A stretch of 64,000 nt of DNA from contig CAJGDJ010000005.1 of assembly GCA_904502025.1 (NCBI GenBank), forward strand, positions 5,002-69,001, written 5' to 3'. Below are positions 38,240 to 49,383 of the stretch, one piece after another. Every line of letters starts with the position of its first letter. Within the stretch, counting starts at the first letter, position 1. The notes under the pieces were generated by a model. It had not been told where the DNA came from. It saw only the letters and a list, made by a program, of their open reading frames with translations, and ran no database searches. The DNA comes from an uncultured Muribaculaceae bacterium. GTDB lineage: Bacteria; Bacteroidota; Bacteroidia; Bacteroidales; Muribaculaceae. The position numbers and the translations under genes were made by a program.

Positions 38240-38326
38240 GTAGAAACTGGTTTAAGAAGTTAATTAATATAATAAATTTATGTTAGTTTTTACGCTAATT
38301 ACGTTAGTTACATGCACTATAAGTTG

Positions 38327-38334
38327 CAAATATA
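38327..38334 (-). promoter_or_regulatory. -7 box TATATTTG for the TolB-like/amidase-cargo operon
   Basis: TAnnTTTG, 87 nt upstream of ATG 38239. Confidence 0.5.
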
Positions 38335-38426
38335 GAAATTTATTTATTAAAAAAAGATAATTAGACTCTTCGATTTAAGGTTTATTAAGATTTTTTCAAC
38401 CTATACAAACTTAGTTAAAGCCTGAT

Positions 38427-39236
38427 TCAGACTTTCTGACAAATTGAAACGAAAATACGACCTATAATGAATATTACAGCAAACAATATCACTATTATCG
38501 CTGCACATGGCACATTAATCATTGCCGACATAAACAGCCCTACCACTCCACACACAATAGAAATAACCATCGACAACAACACCATCATCTTAAATCGCGG
38601 AGCAAACATTTCGGCAATCATTTGAGGCAACGTGAGCATCGACATCAACAACATTATGCCTACAAGACGTATCGTAAGCACAATACACACAGCCACCATC
38701 GCTGTCATCAAGTATGAAATTACCTTTACCGGCAATTGCGACACTCGAGCAAAGTCTCTATCAAATGCACATGCAATGATTTTATCATAAAAAAGAGCAA
38801 AAAACAAAATCAAGATAATGGTATATATCGCAAATGCCACCAAATCGGAAGATGAAATTGTCAATATATTTCCAAAAAGGAACGCATTCAGCTCCGGGAC
38901 ATAACCGGGCGTGAGAAATATAAACAGCACCCCTATTGCCATTCCCAACGCCCACACCACAGCCGTGGCAGAATCTTCACGCACACGATAACGCTCCGAC
39001 AACCATTCCACGCCTGCCGAAGCCGTAATGGCAAACACGGCAGCCATCATTATTGGGTTAACCCCGAGATAATAGCCCAATCCGAGCCCACCGAAACAAG
39101 CATGAGTTACTCCACCCGAAATTGAAACCAATCGACGTGTGATAATATATGTGCCAATAAATGCCGCAGCGACACTTATTATTACAATGCCAAGCAAAGC
39201 ATTTGTAAAAAATGAATATTGCAACAGTTCAAACAT
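38427..39236 (-). CDS. Metal ABC transporter permease (ABC-3 / ZnuB-MntB type)
   Basis: Polytopic protein with ITRRLVSISGGVTHACFGGLGLGYYLG, resembling the ABC-3 signature. Start set at ATG 39234-39236 (MFELLQYSFF). Confidence 0.75.
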   Translation of the reverse strand: MFELLQYSFFTNALLGIVIISVAAAFIGTYIITRRLVSISGGVTHACFGGLGLGYYLGVNPIMMAAVFAITASAGVEWLSERYRVREDSATAVVWALGMAIGVLFIFLTPGYVPELNAFLFGNILTISSSDLVAFAIYTIILILFFALFYDKIIACAFDRDFARVSQLPVKVISYLMTAMVAVCIVLTIRLVGIMLLMSMLTLPQMIAEMFAPRFKMMVLLSMVISIVCGVVGLFMSAMINVPCAAIIVILFAVIFIIGRIFVSICQKV

Positions 39237-39295
39237 CTTAACTGATTTTCTACAAATTACACATATATTATATAACAATAAAAAAATATAATTTG

Positions 39296-40555
39296 TTATT
39301 CTTCGTCTATAACCTCATGATATGGAATCTCGGCGTCAACAAATGAGAAACCGGCTTGGGCAAGATGTTCCCAATATTCGGGATAGGACTTTGACACTAC
39401 CTCAACATCATTTATTATCAATCCGGGTATATATAACGCAGCCGGAGCAAATGCCATTGCCATGCGATGATCATCGTAGGTGTTAATACATGGTTGCTCA
39501 AAAACGGGGTGTTGCTCGCCGTCCCAAATAAGCACCGAATCATGCTCTATGCGAAGGTCAAAGCTCAGCTTCGCCAACTCGGTTTTTAACGCCTCAAGAC
39601 GGTCGGTCTCCTTTATTTTCAACGTAGCCAACCCTGTCAATTTGAACGGGATACGGAGCATACAACATGTAACAGCAATCGTCTGTGCAATATCGGGTTG
39701 CTCACTCAAGTCGAGCTCGATATGCGACCTTTGTTCGGGCGAAGGCATAAGCGACAATTCGCCATCTTCAAATTGCGAATCGACACCTAATTCCTCAAAA
39801 TATTTCATTAAAAAGCTATCTCCCTGAGTGCTTTTTTCATATAATCCTTTTAATGCTACACAGCCAGCCGAAAGTGCCGAAATTTCATACCAATACGATG
39901 CCGCACTCCAATCAGCTTCAACATCGAAAGGTACAGACTTATACATTGCATGTGGGATTGTAATCACATTCCCCTCAAACTCACAATCCACACCCCAATA
40001 ACTCATCATAGACAATGTCATTAAGATATATGGACGTGATGTGATTTCTCCCTCGAGATTAATTATCAATCCTCGCTTCATCAATGGGGCAATCATGAGC
40101 AAAGCCGAAATATATTGCGAGCTTATCGATGCCGGTAGCGACACCTCCCCCCCCTCGAGTTCTTGACCCTCAATACGCAATGGAGGAAAGCCCTCAGCAT
40201 CAAGATAATCGATTGTTGCACCACATTCACGGAGTGCATCTACAAGAGCTTTTATGGGTCGTTGACGCATACGGGCGGAGCCATCGAGAGTAACAGTTCG
40301 CCCCGGAATGGAAGCAAAATAAGCTGTCAAGAATCGCATTGCTGTTCCGGCAGCACCTATATTCACATCGTCATTATCCGAAGTTAGAGCCTCAACCATA
40401 GCATCAGTATCATTACATTTAGCCACCACCTTAAGCGACAACGCATTAGGAGTCAACGCATTAATTATCAATGCTCGATTACTTATACTTTTCGACAACG
40501 GCAGAGAGATTGTTGCATCAATCATCTCTTCGGGTGGGAATATACGATAATTCAT
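39296..40555 (-). CDS. aroA: 3-phosphoshikimate 1-carboxyvinyltransferase (EPSP synthase)
   Basis: LPLSKSISNRALII N-terminal motif, GAAGTAMRFL, and the C-terminal DHRMAMAFA. 419 aa. Confidence 0.88.
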   Translation of the reverse strand: MNYRIFPPEEMIDATISLPLSKSISNRALIINALTPNALSLKVVAKCNDTDAMVEALTSDNDDVNIGAAGTAMRFLTAYFASIPGRTVTLDGSARMRQRPIKALVDALRECGATIDYLDAEGFPPLRIEGQELEGGEVSLPASISSQYISALLMIAPLMKRGLIINLEGEITSRPYILMTLSMMSYWGVDCEFEGNVITIPHAMYKSVPFDVEADWSAASYWYEISALSAGCVALKGLYEKSTQGDSFLMKYFEELGVDSQFEDGELSLMPSPEQRSHIELDLSEQPDIAQTIAVTCCMLRIPFKLTGLATLKIKETDRLEALKTELAKLSFDLRIEHDSVLIWDGEQHPVFEQPCINTYDDHRMAMAFAPAALYIPGLIINDVEVVSKSYPEYWEHLAQAGFSFVDAEIPYHEVIDEE

Positions 40556-40563
40556 TTCACTCT

Positions 40564-41745
40564 TTATTTCAACGAATTAACAGCATCGGCAAGCGATTGC
40601 AATGATTCAATTATCACTTTACGTGGAGAACCTATGTTTAACCTCATAAAACCTTCTCCCTCTTTACCAAACATTGTGCCATCATTTAGAGCCAAATGAG
40701 CCTTATTTACAAACAAGTCAACAAGTCCTGTTTGAGTAAGGTTAAGATCTCGACAATCAAGCCACAATAGAAACGATGCCTGAGGACGAAATGCCCTAAT
40801 TTGAGGAATATTTTTGCTTAAAAAGCTTTCAACCTCATCGATTGTACCCTCAATATATTCAAGCATTTGATTTAGCCATTCCTCGCCATGAGTATATGCC
40901 ATCTCTGCTCCAATAGTCGCAAACAATGTTGGAGAGCTAAACTCATTGGTCGCCAACCAATGATAAAAATCACTTCTTAATTTTTCATCTTTCACAACCA
41001 CCCACGAACTCACAAGCCCGGGGATATTGAATGTTTTTGACGGAGCTCCAAGCGTGATTGTTATAGCTTTAGCATCATCACTCACTTCTACAAATGGAAT
41101 ATGAGGCTTGCCGTAAAGCACTAAATCGCCATGGATCTCATCAGAAACAACAATCACACCATTATCACGACAAATTTTAGCCACCTCACGCATCTCCTCA
41201 GCTGCCCACTGAATACCAATCGGGTTGTGAGGATTGCAAAGAATCATCATCTTAGGACGCTCTGATTCGACGACTCGACGCAAATCGTCCAAGTCCATTT
41301 CATAACCATTCTCGGTTAGTCGCAAAGGGTTATTCACAACCTGTCGGCCATTACCCTCTATTACCATCTTAAATGGGTGATATACTGGCTGTTGAATTAA
41401 GATTTTATCCCCTCTATCAGTAAAATAATTTATGGCGTAGGCCACGCCACGTACCACTCCAGGTACAAAGGCAAGCTCTTGACGCGTAACTTCAAAATTA
41501 TGACGACGAGCAAGCCAATCGATAATCGACTGCCAATAGCTTTCGGGGGTAGAAGCATATCCATATACCGGGTGCTCCACACGTTGCCTCAATGCCTCGG
41601 AAATGTCGGGACACACAGCAAAATCCAAGTCGGCTACCCATAATGGAGTAAGTCCGGTTGTTCCATAAAGCGACTGTAATGCATCGCATTTCAACGCTCC
41701 ACTCGCACGACGATCAATAACTTGATCAAAATCATATTTTCTCAT
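40564..41745 (-). CDS. MalY/PatB-family PLP-dependent C-S lyase (cystathionine beta-lyase type)
   Basis: Class I/II aminotransferase fold with PLP-lysine motif GAPSKTFNIPG. 393 aa. Confidence 0.82.
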   Translation of the reverse strand: MRKYDFDQVIDRRASGALKCDALQSLYGTTGLTPLWVADLDFAVCPDISEALRQRVEHPVYGYASTPESYWQSIIDWLARRHNFEVTRQELAFVPGVVRGVAYAINYFTDRGDKILIQQPVYHPFKMVIEGNGRQVVNNPLRLTENGYEMDLDDLRRVVESERPKMMILCNPHNPIGIQWAAEEMREVAKICRDNGVIVVSDEIHGDLVLYGKPHIPFVEVSDDAKAITITLGAPSKTFNIPGLVSSWVVVKDEKLRSDFYHWLATNEFSSPTLFATIGAEMAYTHGEEWLNQMLEYIEGTIDEVESFLSKNIPQIRAFRPQASFLLWLDCRDLNLTQTGLVDLFVNKAHLALNDGTMFGKEGEGFMRLNIGSPRKVIIESLQSLADAVNSLK

Positions 41746-41814
41746 TGGCGTGAAAGTAACGAAATTTTATGTTCCCTAAAAATAAATTTTTAGAAACTGT
41801 TTGCGATTTTTCTA

Positions 41815-41822
41815 CAAAAGTA
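41815..41822 (-). promoter_or_regulatory. -7 box TACTTTTG for patB-aroA
   Basis: TAnnTTTG, 69 nt upstream of ATG 41745. Confidence 0.45.
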
Positions 41823-41856
41823 ATACTTTTTTTGTGATTGTTCCATGTTTTTATTG

Positions 41857-41864
41857 TATGTTTG
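41857..41864 (+). promoter_or_regulatory. -7 box TATGTTTG for relA/spoT
   Basis: TAnnTTTG, 57 nt upstream of ATG 41922. Confidence 0.45.
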
Positions 41865-41921
41865 TATATTGAAATAACGGCAATATAATCTATAACGACA
41901 AAATAACGTACAAAATCAAAC

Positions 41922-44147
41922 ATGGAGCAATATAAAATCGACCATAAAGCCGAAGATGAAATGATTGAAGCCGCTTTTCAAGAAGTGCTCGCAGGCTATC
42001 TCGCCAGCAATCACCGAAAAAAAGTGGAAATCATCACTCGTGCTTACAAATTTGCCAAAGAAGCACACAAAGGGGTCAGACGTCGTTCAGGCGAACCTTA
42101 TATTCTCCACCCTATTGCAGTAGCCAAGATTGCAAGCCAAGAAATCGGATTAGGCTCGACCTCAATTTGTGCAGCACTGCTACATGACGTTGTTGAGGAT
42201 ACAGATTACACTGTTGAAGACCTCGAACAACATTTCGGGAAGAAAATCGCACAAATAGTTGGAGGGCTCACAAAAATTTCGGGAGGTATTTTTGGGAATA
42301 AAGCATCGGTTCAAGCCGAAAATTTCAGGAAATTACTCCTCACCATGTCGGAAGATATTCGCGTTGTTCTTATAAAGATGGCCGACCGGCTTCACAACAT
42401 GCGTACTCTCGGCTCAATGACTCCCAACAAGCAATATAAAATTGCAGGAGAAACATTATATATATATGCTCCGTTGGCTCATCGGTTAGGATTGTTTGCG
42501 ATAAAAACCGAGCTGGAAGATTTAAGTTTCAAATATGAACACCCGGCTGCTTATAATCACATCAAAGAGCTAATAAAAGAATCAGAAGCCCATCGCACTG
42601 AGATATATCGCAAATTTTCGGCACCAATAAAACAAAAACTCGAAGAAATAGGGCTTAAATACGAAGCCAAAGCTCGCATGAAGTCGGTTTATTCAATATG
42701 GAACAAAATGGAGAAAAAGAAAGTTCCTTTTGAAGAAATATACGACATTTATGCCATGCGTATAATTTTTGATTGCGACGATCCCGACAAAGAAAAAATT
42801 ACTTGTTGGAATATATATTCGATAATTACCGACCTATACAAGCTACACCCCGACCGCACTCGCGATTGGATTAGTGTACCTAAAGCCAACGGTTATCAAG
42901 CACTTCACATTACAGTGATGGGACCCGATGGAAATTGGATTGAAGTACAAATTCGTAGCCGTCGCATGGACGAGATTGCCGAAAAGGGCTTTGCCGCTCA
43001 CTGGAAATATAAAATTGGTGATGGCGATGAAGAATCAGAACTTAACGTTTGGCTAAGAACAATCAAAGATATTCTCGACAACCCCGAACCAAGTGCCATC
43101 GACTTTCTCGACACCCTTAAACTCAACCTGTTTGCTTCGGAAATTGTCGTATTTACACCCAAAGGTGAACTTCTAACTTTGCCTAACAACTCAACTGTGC
43201 TTGATGTCGCTTTTGAGCTACATTCGCAATTAGGTCTTCACTGCATCGCCGGAAAAGTAAACCACAAACTCGTGCCACTCTCTCATAAGCTAAAAAGTGG
43301 CGACCAAGTAGAGGTACTTACTTCACAATCTCAAAAACCACGCCCCGAATGGGTAAACTTCCTTGCTACAGCTAAAGGGAAAAACCGATTACGTGTGGCC
43401 TTACGCAAAGACCAACAACCAATAAAAGAGCAAGGTAAAGAAATATTCACTAACTTCTTAAAAAAACACAACCTTGTTGGCACAAACGAAGTTATCACAA
43501 AAATATTAGGATTTTTACATATTGCAAATAGAGAAGATTTATATCTTGCATTAGGAAATAACGAAGTTTCACTCGACGACAATTTAGCTAAAAACATCAC
43601 AAAGCAAAACTCAACATCAATTCTTACCAAACTTTTCCGTCGCAAACCATCGTCTAACGATAAAAAAGAGGGAACAACAACCGAAATAAAAATCGACACA
43701 AAGGAAACCTACATTTTGCAACATAATGAAAATGGAGCAAACTTCAAAATTGCCGATTGCTGTTGTCCTATCCCCGGAGATGATGTTTTAGGTTTTATCG
43801 ATGAAAACAACGAAGTGATTGTTCATGCGTTGGATTGTCCTCGTGCAATGATGTTAAAAGCCGGATATGGTTCTCGTATTGTATCGACCGAATGGGAAGT
43901 TTCCACACAAAAATTCCTTGCGACCATACACATCGAAGGACTTGACCGATTTGGCATATTGCAAGAACTTATTCAATTAATCTCCTCAACACTCAACATC
44001 GATATTCGCAAACTAAATATCGAAGCTAAAAACTTCGTTTTTAGTTGCCAATTATCAGTATTGGTCAAAGACACTCAAGTTGTTACCGACTTATGCAATA
44101 AAGTAAAAAAAATAAACGGAGTGAAGCAAACAAGCCGAATATATTAA
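41922..44147 (+). CDS. relA: Bifunctional (p)ppGpp synthetase/hydrolase, RelA/SpoT family
   Basis: HD hydrolase motifs (HPIAVA...LHDVVEDT), a synthetase region (YQALHITV...EVQIRS), and TGS and ACT-like C-terminal domains. 741 aa. Confidence 0.93.
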   Translation: MEQYKIDHKAEDEMIEAAFQEVLAGYLASNHRKKVEIITRAYKFAKEAHKGVRRRSGEPYILHPIAVAKIASQEIGLGSTSICAALLHDVVEDTDYTVEDLEQHFGKKIAQIVGGLTKISGGIFGNKASVQAENFRKLLLTMSEDIRVVLIKMADRLHNMRTLGSMTPNKQYKIAGETLYIYAPLAHRLGLFAIKTELEDLSFKYEHPAAYNHIKELIKESEAHRTEIYRKFSAPIKQKLEEIGLKYEAKARMKSVYSIWNKMEKKKVPFEEIYDIYAMRIIFDCDDPDKEKITCWNIYSIITDLYKLHPDRTRDWISVPKANGYQALHITVMGPDGNWIEVQIRSRRMDEIAEKGFAAHWKYKIGDGDEESELNVWLRTIKDILDNPEPSAIDFLDTLKLNLFASEIVVFTPKGELLTLPNNSTVLDVAFELHSQLGLHCIAGKVNHKLVPLSHKLKSGDQVEVLTSQSQKPRPEWVNFLATAKGKNRLRVALRKDQQPIKEQGKEIFTNFLKKHNLVGTNEVITKILGFLHIANREDLYLALGNNEVSLDDNLAKNITKQNSTSILTKLFRRKPSSNDKKEGTTTEIKIDTKETYILQHNENGANFKIADCCCPIPGDDVLGFIDENNEVIVHALDCPRAMMLKAGYGSRIVSTEWEVSTQKFLATIHIEGLDRFGILQELIQLISSTLNIDIRKLNIEAKNFVFSCQLSVLVKDTQVVTDLCNKVKKINGVKQTSRIY

Positions 44148-44171
44148 CCATTATATTATAAAAATCAAGTT

Positions 44172-46208
44172 ATGAAGCTCGATTCAAAAAAAATAACCAC
44201 CCATATTATCTTTTTAGTGGCCACTGCGGCAATGATAGTATATTTTTTGCCTCGCAGCAAAAGTCAAACTATCACATACGAAGAAAACCGGCCATGGGAA
44301 CATAACATGCTCAGAGCTCCATTTGAGATATACATATACCCCGACACTGCCGAAGTTACCGACTCTATCAACAAAGCATTTACTCCTATTTGTCAACGAA
44401 ATAACAGCATCGTTGACAGCATTTTAGCTATCGTGTCAAAAAATACTTCGGTTTACACCAAAATCTCAGCAAAAATACGTGAACGCTATGAATTAGGCAT
44501 CGTTACTGCCGATATGTATTCAAAAATCGAAAGTGGCAAATTACCCACATTGAGATTACTCGATGGCAAAGTGCTTAAGAAAGTTTCTACTGAAAATTTT
44601 ATTTCGCCACGCAAACTATATCTCATGATTGACTCACTGGCTCAAGATTCCCTTTCTCGCAAATTCATGAAAGAGATTGATTTGCCTCGACTTCTCAACC
44701 CCAACATCACTATAAACGAAAGCCGTACGCAACAAGCATACAACGATGACATGGCTCGTGCCACTGCTCCTATAGGCGTCATAATGGAAAATGAACGAAT
44801 CATTGACCGTGGAGAAGTGGTTACGCACAAGCTTTACCGCATTCTTAACACCTACCAAGACATGCTGAAAAAGCAAGACCCCGAAACAAATAAAACTCAA
44901 TGGTTCAAAATCATCGGGCAATCGCTATTTGTGTTGATTTTAATCACTGTTTTGTATCTTTACTTGCAAAACTTCTGCCACGACACAATCTATCGCAAAG
45001 GGAATCTGTTATTCATTCTATTAATGACCGGAGTGTTTGCAATATGTGCCACCTTTGCAACCTCTTTATTTGGCAATGGCATATATCTCGTGCCATTTGT
45101 TATTATCCCAATTGTGATTTTAGTATTTTTTGATGCTCGCACTGCCATATTCTGCCATATTGTTGAAATTTTGATATGTGCATCGTTTGCACCATTCCCC
45201 CTTGAATTTATCATTGTTGAATTTTGTGCCGGAGCGGCGGCAATCTTCTCGCTTAAAGAATTATCAAAACGCTCTCAATTGTTACGCACTGCGTTGTTTG
45301 TTTTTATTGCCTACATTACTTCATACATTGCAGTAGAAATTCTTCTTAATGGCACACTATCTGACTCAGTTGTAAGAGTACTTGGCTTCTTTGCAATAAA
45401 TGCGGTACTAACCTCTTTTGCATATATTCTCATTTTCGTGATAGAGAAACTTTTCGGATTTATCTCTGTTGTTACGCTCGTTGAGTTATCCGACATCAAC
45501 AGTCCCTTACTTCGAGAGCTATCAGAACAATGTCCCGGTACATTTCAACATTCTATGGCTGTGAGCAACTTAGCTGCCGATGCCGTAGGAAAAATAGGAG
45601 GCAATGTGCAACTTGTGAGAACAGGTGCTTTATATCACGACATTGGCAAAATCGACAATCCGGCATTCTTTACCGAAAACCAACGTGGAGTCAATCCTCA
45701 TGATGCTCTCGATCCAATAAGAAGTGCCGAGATTGTAATCAACCACGTAAACGATGGCTTAAAACGTGCCACTAAAGCCAAATTACCAAAAATAATTCAC
45801 AATTTTATTTGCCAACATCATGGCTGTGGCAAGGCTAAATATTTCTACATTACATATTGTCAAAACCACCCCAATGAAGTGGTTGATGAAGCGGCATTCA
45901 CTTATCCGGGACCAAATCCCACAAGCAAAGAAACGTCTGTATTGATGATGGCCGACGCTGTTGAAGCTGCTTCACGCTCATTAAGCGACCATTCGGTCAG
46001 TGCAGTAACGGCTCTTGTCAATCGCATCATCGACTCACAAATTGAAGAAGGATTACACAACGACTCTCCTATATCATTCCGCGACATCAAAGTAATTAAA
46101 GAGGCTTTTATAAACCGTGTGAGCACCATATATCATTCTCGAGTGGTATATCCCGATGGAGCAACTTCAGCCAAATCATCTCCTCAACAAGCTACATTAA
46201 AGCTATAA
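44172..46208 (+). CDS. 7TM-HD (HDIG) membrane phosphohydrolase, PgpH/YqfF-type
   Basis: An extracytoplasmic N-domain, about 7 TM helices, then an HD domain with HSMAVSNL...ALYHDIGK...QHHG. 678 aa. Confidence 0.85.
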   Translation: MKLDSKKITTHIIFLVATAAMIVYFLPRSKSQTITYEENRPWEHNMLRAPFEIYIYPDTAEVTDSINKAFTPICQRNNSIVDSILAIVSKNTSVYTKISAKIRERYELGIVTADMYSKIESGKLPTLRLLDGKVLKKVSTENFISPRKLYLMIDSLAQDSLSRKFMKEIDLPRLLNPNITINESRTQQAYNDDMARATAPIGVIMENERIIDRGEVVTHKLYRILNTYQDMLKKQDPETNKTQWFKIIGQSLFVLILITVLYLYLQNFCHDTIYRKGNLLFILLMTGVFAICATFATSLFGNGIYLVPFVIIPIVILVFFDARTAIFCHIVEILICASFAPFPLEFIIVEFCAGAAAIFSLKELSKRSQLLRTALFVFIAYITSYIAVEILLNGTLSDSVVRVLGFFAINAVLTSFAYILIFVIEKLFGFISVVTLVELSDINSPLLRELSEQCPGTFQHSMAVSNLAADAVGKIGGNVQLVRTGALYHDIGKIDNPAFFTENQRGVNPHDALDPIRSAEIVINHVNDGLKRATKAKLPKIIHNFICQHHGCGKAKYFYITYCQNHPNEVVDEAAFTYPGPNPTSKETSVLMMADAVEAASRSLSDHSVSAVTALVNRIIDSQIEEGLHNDSPISFRDIKVIKEAFINRVSTIYHSRVVYPDGATSAKSSPQQATLKL

Positions 46209-46279
46209 CACAGTTTAGAGCCAAGCAATGCTTCGGCTCTAAATGCAATAAACCCACGTTAGTTAACGTTAAAATATAG

Positions 46280-49200
46280 ATGAAATATCGCCAATGCCGA
46301 CATATATTGCTTTTCTTCTCTGTGATTGTATTAATCTCAGCTCTTTTTTCATGTTCTGCAAAGAAAAACAATGCCGCCAATCGCAAATATCAAGCATTCA
46401 TCACCCGATATAACATCTACTTTAACGGCGACACTCATTTCAAAGAAACAATAAAAGAAATGGAGGGGAAATATGAAGACGATTATAGCCAACTGCTATT
46501 TATGCACCCTACCGAAGCTCGCATCAACACTAAAGCCCCTCAACCCAATGGCAATTTCGACCGCTCAATCGAAAAAGCTCAAAAAGCAATACAACTTCGT
46601 TCGATAACAAAACGTCCTAAGAAAAAATCGGGTAAACAAGATGCCAAATACAAAGAATGGCTTAAGCGAGAGGAATATAACCCATTCCTTCACAACGCAT
46701 GGCTAATGATGGGGCGTAGCCAATTTTTCAACGGCGACTTCCTTGGTGCGGCTTCGACGTTTTTCTACACCTCTAAACATTTTTGGTGGCTTCCTGAAAC
46801 CGTTCTTGAAGCGAAATTGTGGCGTGCTCGATGTTATTGTGCACTTGAATGGCTCTTTGAAACCGAAAACATTATCGTAAAAATTAAAGAGGACGAATTG
46901 TTAAACGACACACATCGCGATCTATACAACAACGTCTATGCCAACTATTACATCAAATTAAACGATTATGAAAAGGCTGTTCCTCACTTGCAAAAAGCAA
47001 TAAAATATGCAAAAGGAGAACAAAAAATACGCTTACAATTTCTTCTCGGACAACTTTATTCTCGTTTAGACAAAAAACAAGAAGCCTATGAAGCATTCAA
47101 AAAAGCCGGGAGTGCTTCAAATGCTACATATCGCACCAAATTTAATGCTCGCATAAAACAAAGCGAAGTATATTCAGGCGAAAACATCGAACCTGAAGTA
47201 AAAGCACTTAAACGCATGGTGAAATATGACCGCAACAAAGAATATCTCGACCAAGTTTACTATGCAATTGGCAATCTGTATCTCTCGCGTAAGGACACTC
47301 TTAATGCCATCGAAAATTATGAACTTGCAAATGAAAAAAGCACTCGAAACGGCATTGATAAAGCTATAAATCAAGTAACACTTGGAAACTTATACTATAT
47401 TCGACACAACTACGACAAAGCACAACCATGTTACTCCGAAGCTGTGCCACAATTGCCCGAAAACTATCCTAACTATCAACAAATAAAACGTCGCTCCGAC
47501 GTGCTTGATGAATTGGCTGTATATTCTCAAAACGTAACTCTTCAAGACTCTTTGTTGCGATTATCCGAAATGACTCCCGAGCAACTCAACAAAGTGATTG
47601 AAAAGATAATCGAAGAACTTAAAAAGAAAGAGGAAGAAGAAGCCGAAAATGCAAAACGAGAAGAATATCTTGCTCAACAACGTGCCCAAGGCTCAAATTT
47701 GCAAAACACAGGCAACTCTGCCCCTAAAACTTTCACTCTCAACACCGACGATTCTTGGTATTTCTATAATACCGCTACAAAGAATGCAGGGAAAACCGAA
47801 TTCCAAAAAACATGGGGTAGTCGAAAACTTGAAGACGACTGGCGACGCAGAAATAAAGCATCGTTTAATACCTCCGACTTTGAAAGTGGCAGCGATAATG
47901 AGTATGACGAAGATGCCGACAGCATTGTTGCCGGAGAAGATGCTCCCGAATTGTCGGAAGAAGAAATCAAGAGAGCTGAAGACCCTCATTATCCCGAATA
48001 TTATCTTAAACAAATCCCGAAAAACGATGTCGAAAAAACGACTTCCCACGAAATTATTCAAGAAGGATTATACAACATGGGGATTATCCTAAAAGATAAA
48101 ATGGAAGATTTCACAGCTTCTCGCTCTGAATTTAACCGATTGTTATCTCGTTATCCCGATAATATTTATCGACTTGACACATACTACAATATGTATATCA
48201 TGGCTGTTCGCGACAATAATGTTAACGAAGCCAATAAATATCGCGATTTGATTCTTGAGCAATTCCCCGAAAGTGGCTATGGCATCGCCATGCGTGACCC
48301 TAACTATTTCGAGAACCTCAAGATGATGAACACACACCAAGAAACATTATATGCAACTGCATACGACAACTATCTCAACAATCGCAACCAAGAAGTTCAT
48401 GACGCATATAAATACATGACTGAAAAATTCCCGCTCAGTCGCATCATGCCTAAATTTATGTTCCTTCATGCACTCGCATTCGTTACCGAAAACAATTCTG
48501 AACAATTCAACGCCACTCTAAAAGAATTGCTTGAAAAATATCCCGATACCGACATAACTCCTGTTGCATCGGCTTACCTCAAACAAATGGCTCAAGGGCG
48601 TAAATTAGAAAGCACTTCTTCCAATTTGCGTGGCATGATTTGGAGCACCCGACTAAGCAACGACTCTACTGCTAATGCCAATGCCGACAAACCGGCTGAA
48701 TTTACTATAAATGCTGCAGAGCCTCAACTATTGGTATTATTATTCCCCTCCGATAAAGTTTCGGCCAATCAACTTCTTTATGAAGTTGCTCGACACAACT
48801 TCACTTCTTTCACAGTCAAAGACTTTGACCTTGAATTAATGAACTTCGAGCAACTTGGATTGGTTATCATAAAAGGCTGCAATAACACTGATGAATTGAA
48901 ACAATATCGCAAAATAATGAATGAAAGTGCCGATTTCAAACTTCCACAACACGTGCGTCCGGTTGAAATCAGTGCAGCAAACTTTGATTTACTTATTAAA
49001 GAAGGGCGATCATTTGAAGAATACTTCAACTTCATTGGCGAAGAAGACTATAAAGCCACTGAAGAAAATGTGTTACCACCCGACGAATATGGCGAAAGTG
49101 AAGGAATACCTACTCCCGAACCAATAGTAGAAACGGCTGATAGCGTTCCCCCTGTTAAACAAGAGGAGGAACTGTCAAACAACATGACAACCGATAAAAA

Positions 49201-49357
49201 CATTCAATCGGCACAAAAAGAAAATAGCATAAATACTCCGGCAAAACAAAATAAAACGGTTCAACCCAAACCCGACCAAAATCAACAAAACAAGTCAAAA
49301 CAACCGACATATCCCACTGGGTCGGAGGGTGATGACCCACTTTTTGATATGCCTTGA
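46280..49357 (+). CDS. porW: T9SS periplasmic TPR lipoprotein PorW/SprE
   Basis: Lipobox LFSC followed by SAKKNNAANRKYQAFITRYNIYFNGD, which matches the SprE N-terminal pattern as I recall it. TPR-like repeats and acidic low-complexity regions. 1025 aa. Confidence 0.72.
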   Translation: MKYRQCRHILLFFSVIVLISALFSCSAKKNNAANRKYQAFITRYNIYFNGDTHFKETIKEMEGKYEDDYSQLLFMHPTEARINTKAPQPNGNFDRSIEKAQKAIQLRSITKRPKKKSGKQDAKYKEWLKREEYNPFLHNAWLMMGRSQFFNGDFLGAASTFFYTSKHFWWLPETVLEAKLWRARCYCALEWLFETENIIVKIKEDELLNDTHRDLYNNVYANYYIKLNDYEKAVPHLQKAIKYAKGEQKIRLQFLLGQLYSRLDKKQEAYEAFKKAGSASNATYRTKFNARIKQSEVYSGENIEPEVKALKRMVKYDRNKEYLDQVYYAIGNLYLSRKDTLNAIENYELANEKSTRNGIDKAINQVTLGNLYYIRHNYDKAQPCYSEAVPQLPENYPNYQQIKRRSDVLDELAVYSQNVTLQDSLLRLSEMTPEQLNKVIEKIIEELKKKEEEEAENAKREEYLAQQRAQGSNLQNTGNSAPKTFTLNTDDSWYFYNTATKNAGKTEFQKTWGSRKLEDDWRRRNKASFNTSDFESGSDNEYDEDADSIVAGEDAPELSEEEIKRAEDPHYPEYYLKQIPKNDVEKTTSHEIIQEGLYNMGIILKDKMEDFTASRSEFNRLLSRYPDNIYRLDTYYNMYIMAVRDNNVNEANKYRDLILEQFPESGYGIAMRDPNYFENLKMMNTHQETLYATAYDNYLNNRNQEVHDAYKYMTEKFPLSRIMPKFMFLHALAFVTENNSEQFNATLKELLEKYPDTDITPVASAYLKQMAQGRKLESTSSNLRGMIWSTRLSNDSTANANADKPAEFTINAAEPQLLVLLFPSDKVSANQLLYEVARHNFTSFTVKDFDLELMNFEQLGLVIIKGCNNTDELKQYRKIMNESADFKLPQHVRPVEISAANFDLLIKEGRSFEEYFNFIGEEDYKATEENVLPPDEYGESEGIPTPEPIVETADSVPPVKQEEELSNNMTTDKNIQSAQKENSINTPAKQNKTVQPKPDQNQQNKSKQPTYPTGSEGDDPLFDMP

Positions 49358-49383
49358 TATATTAACCTAAACAAATTTAAACA

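Noticed and set aside
38290-38316. Three imperfect 9-nt direct repeats (TTACGCTAA TTACGTTAG TTACATGCA) in the 5' UTR of the TolB-like gene
   Set aside because: There are only two or three degenerate units in AT-rich DNA, which cannot be distinguished from chance by eye. It is not related to the YTTARNGAC arrays.
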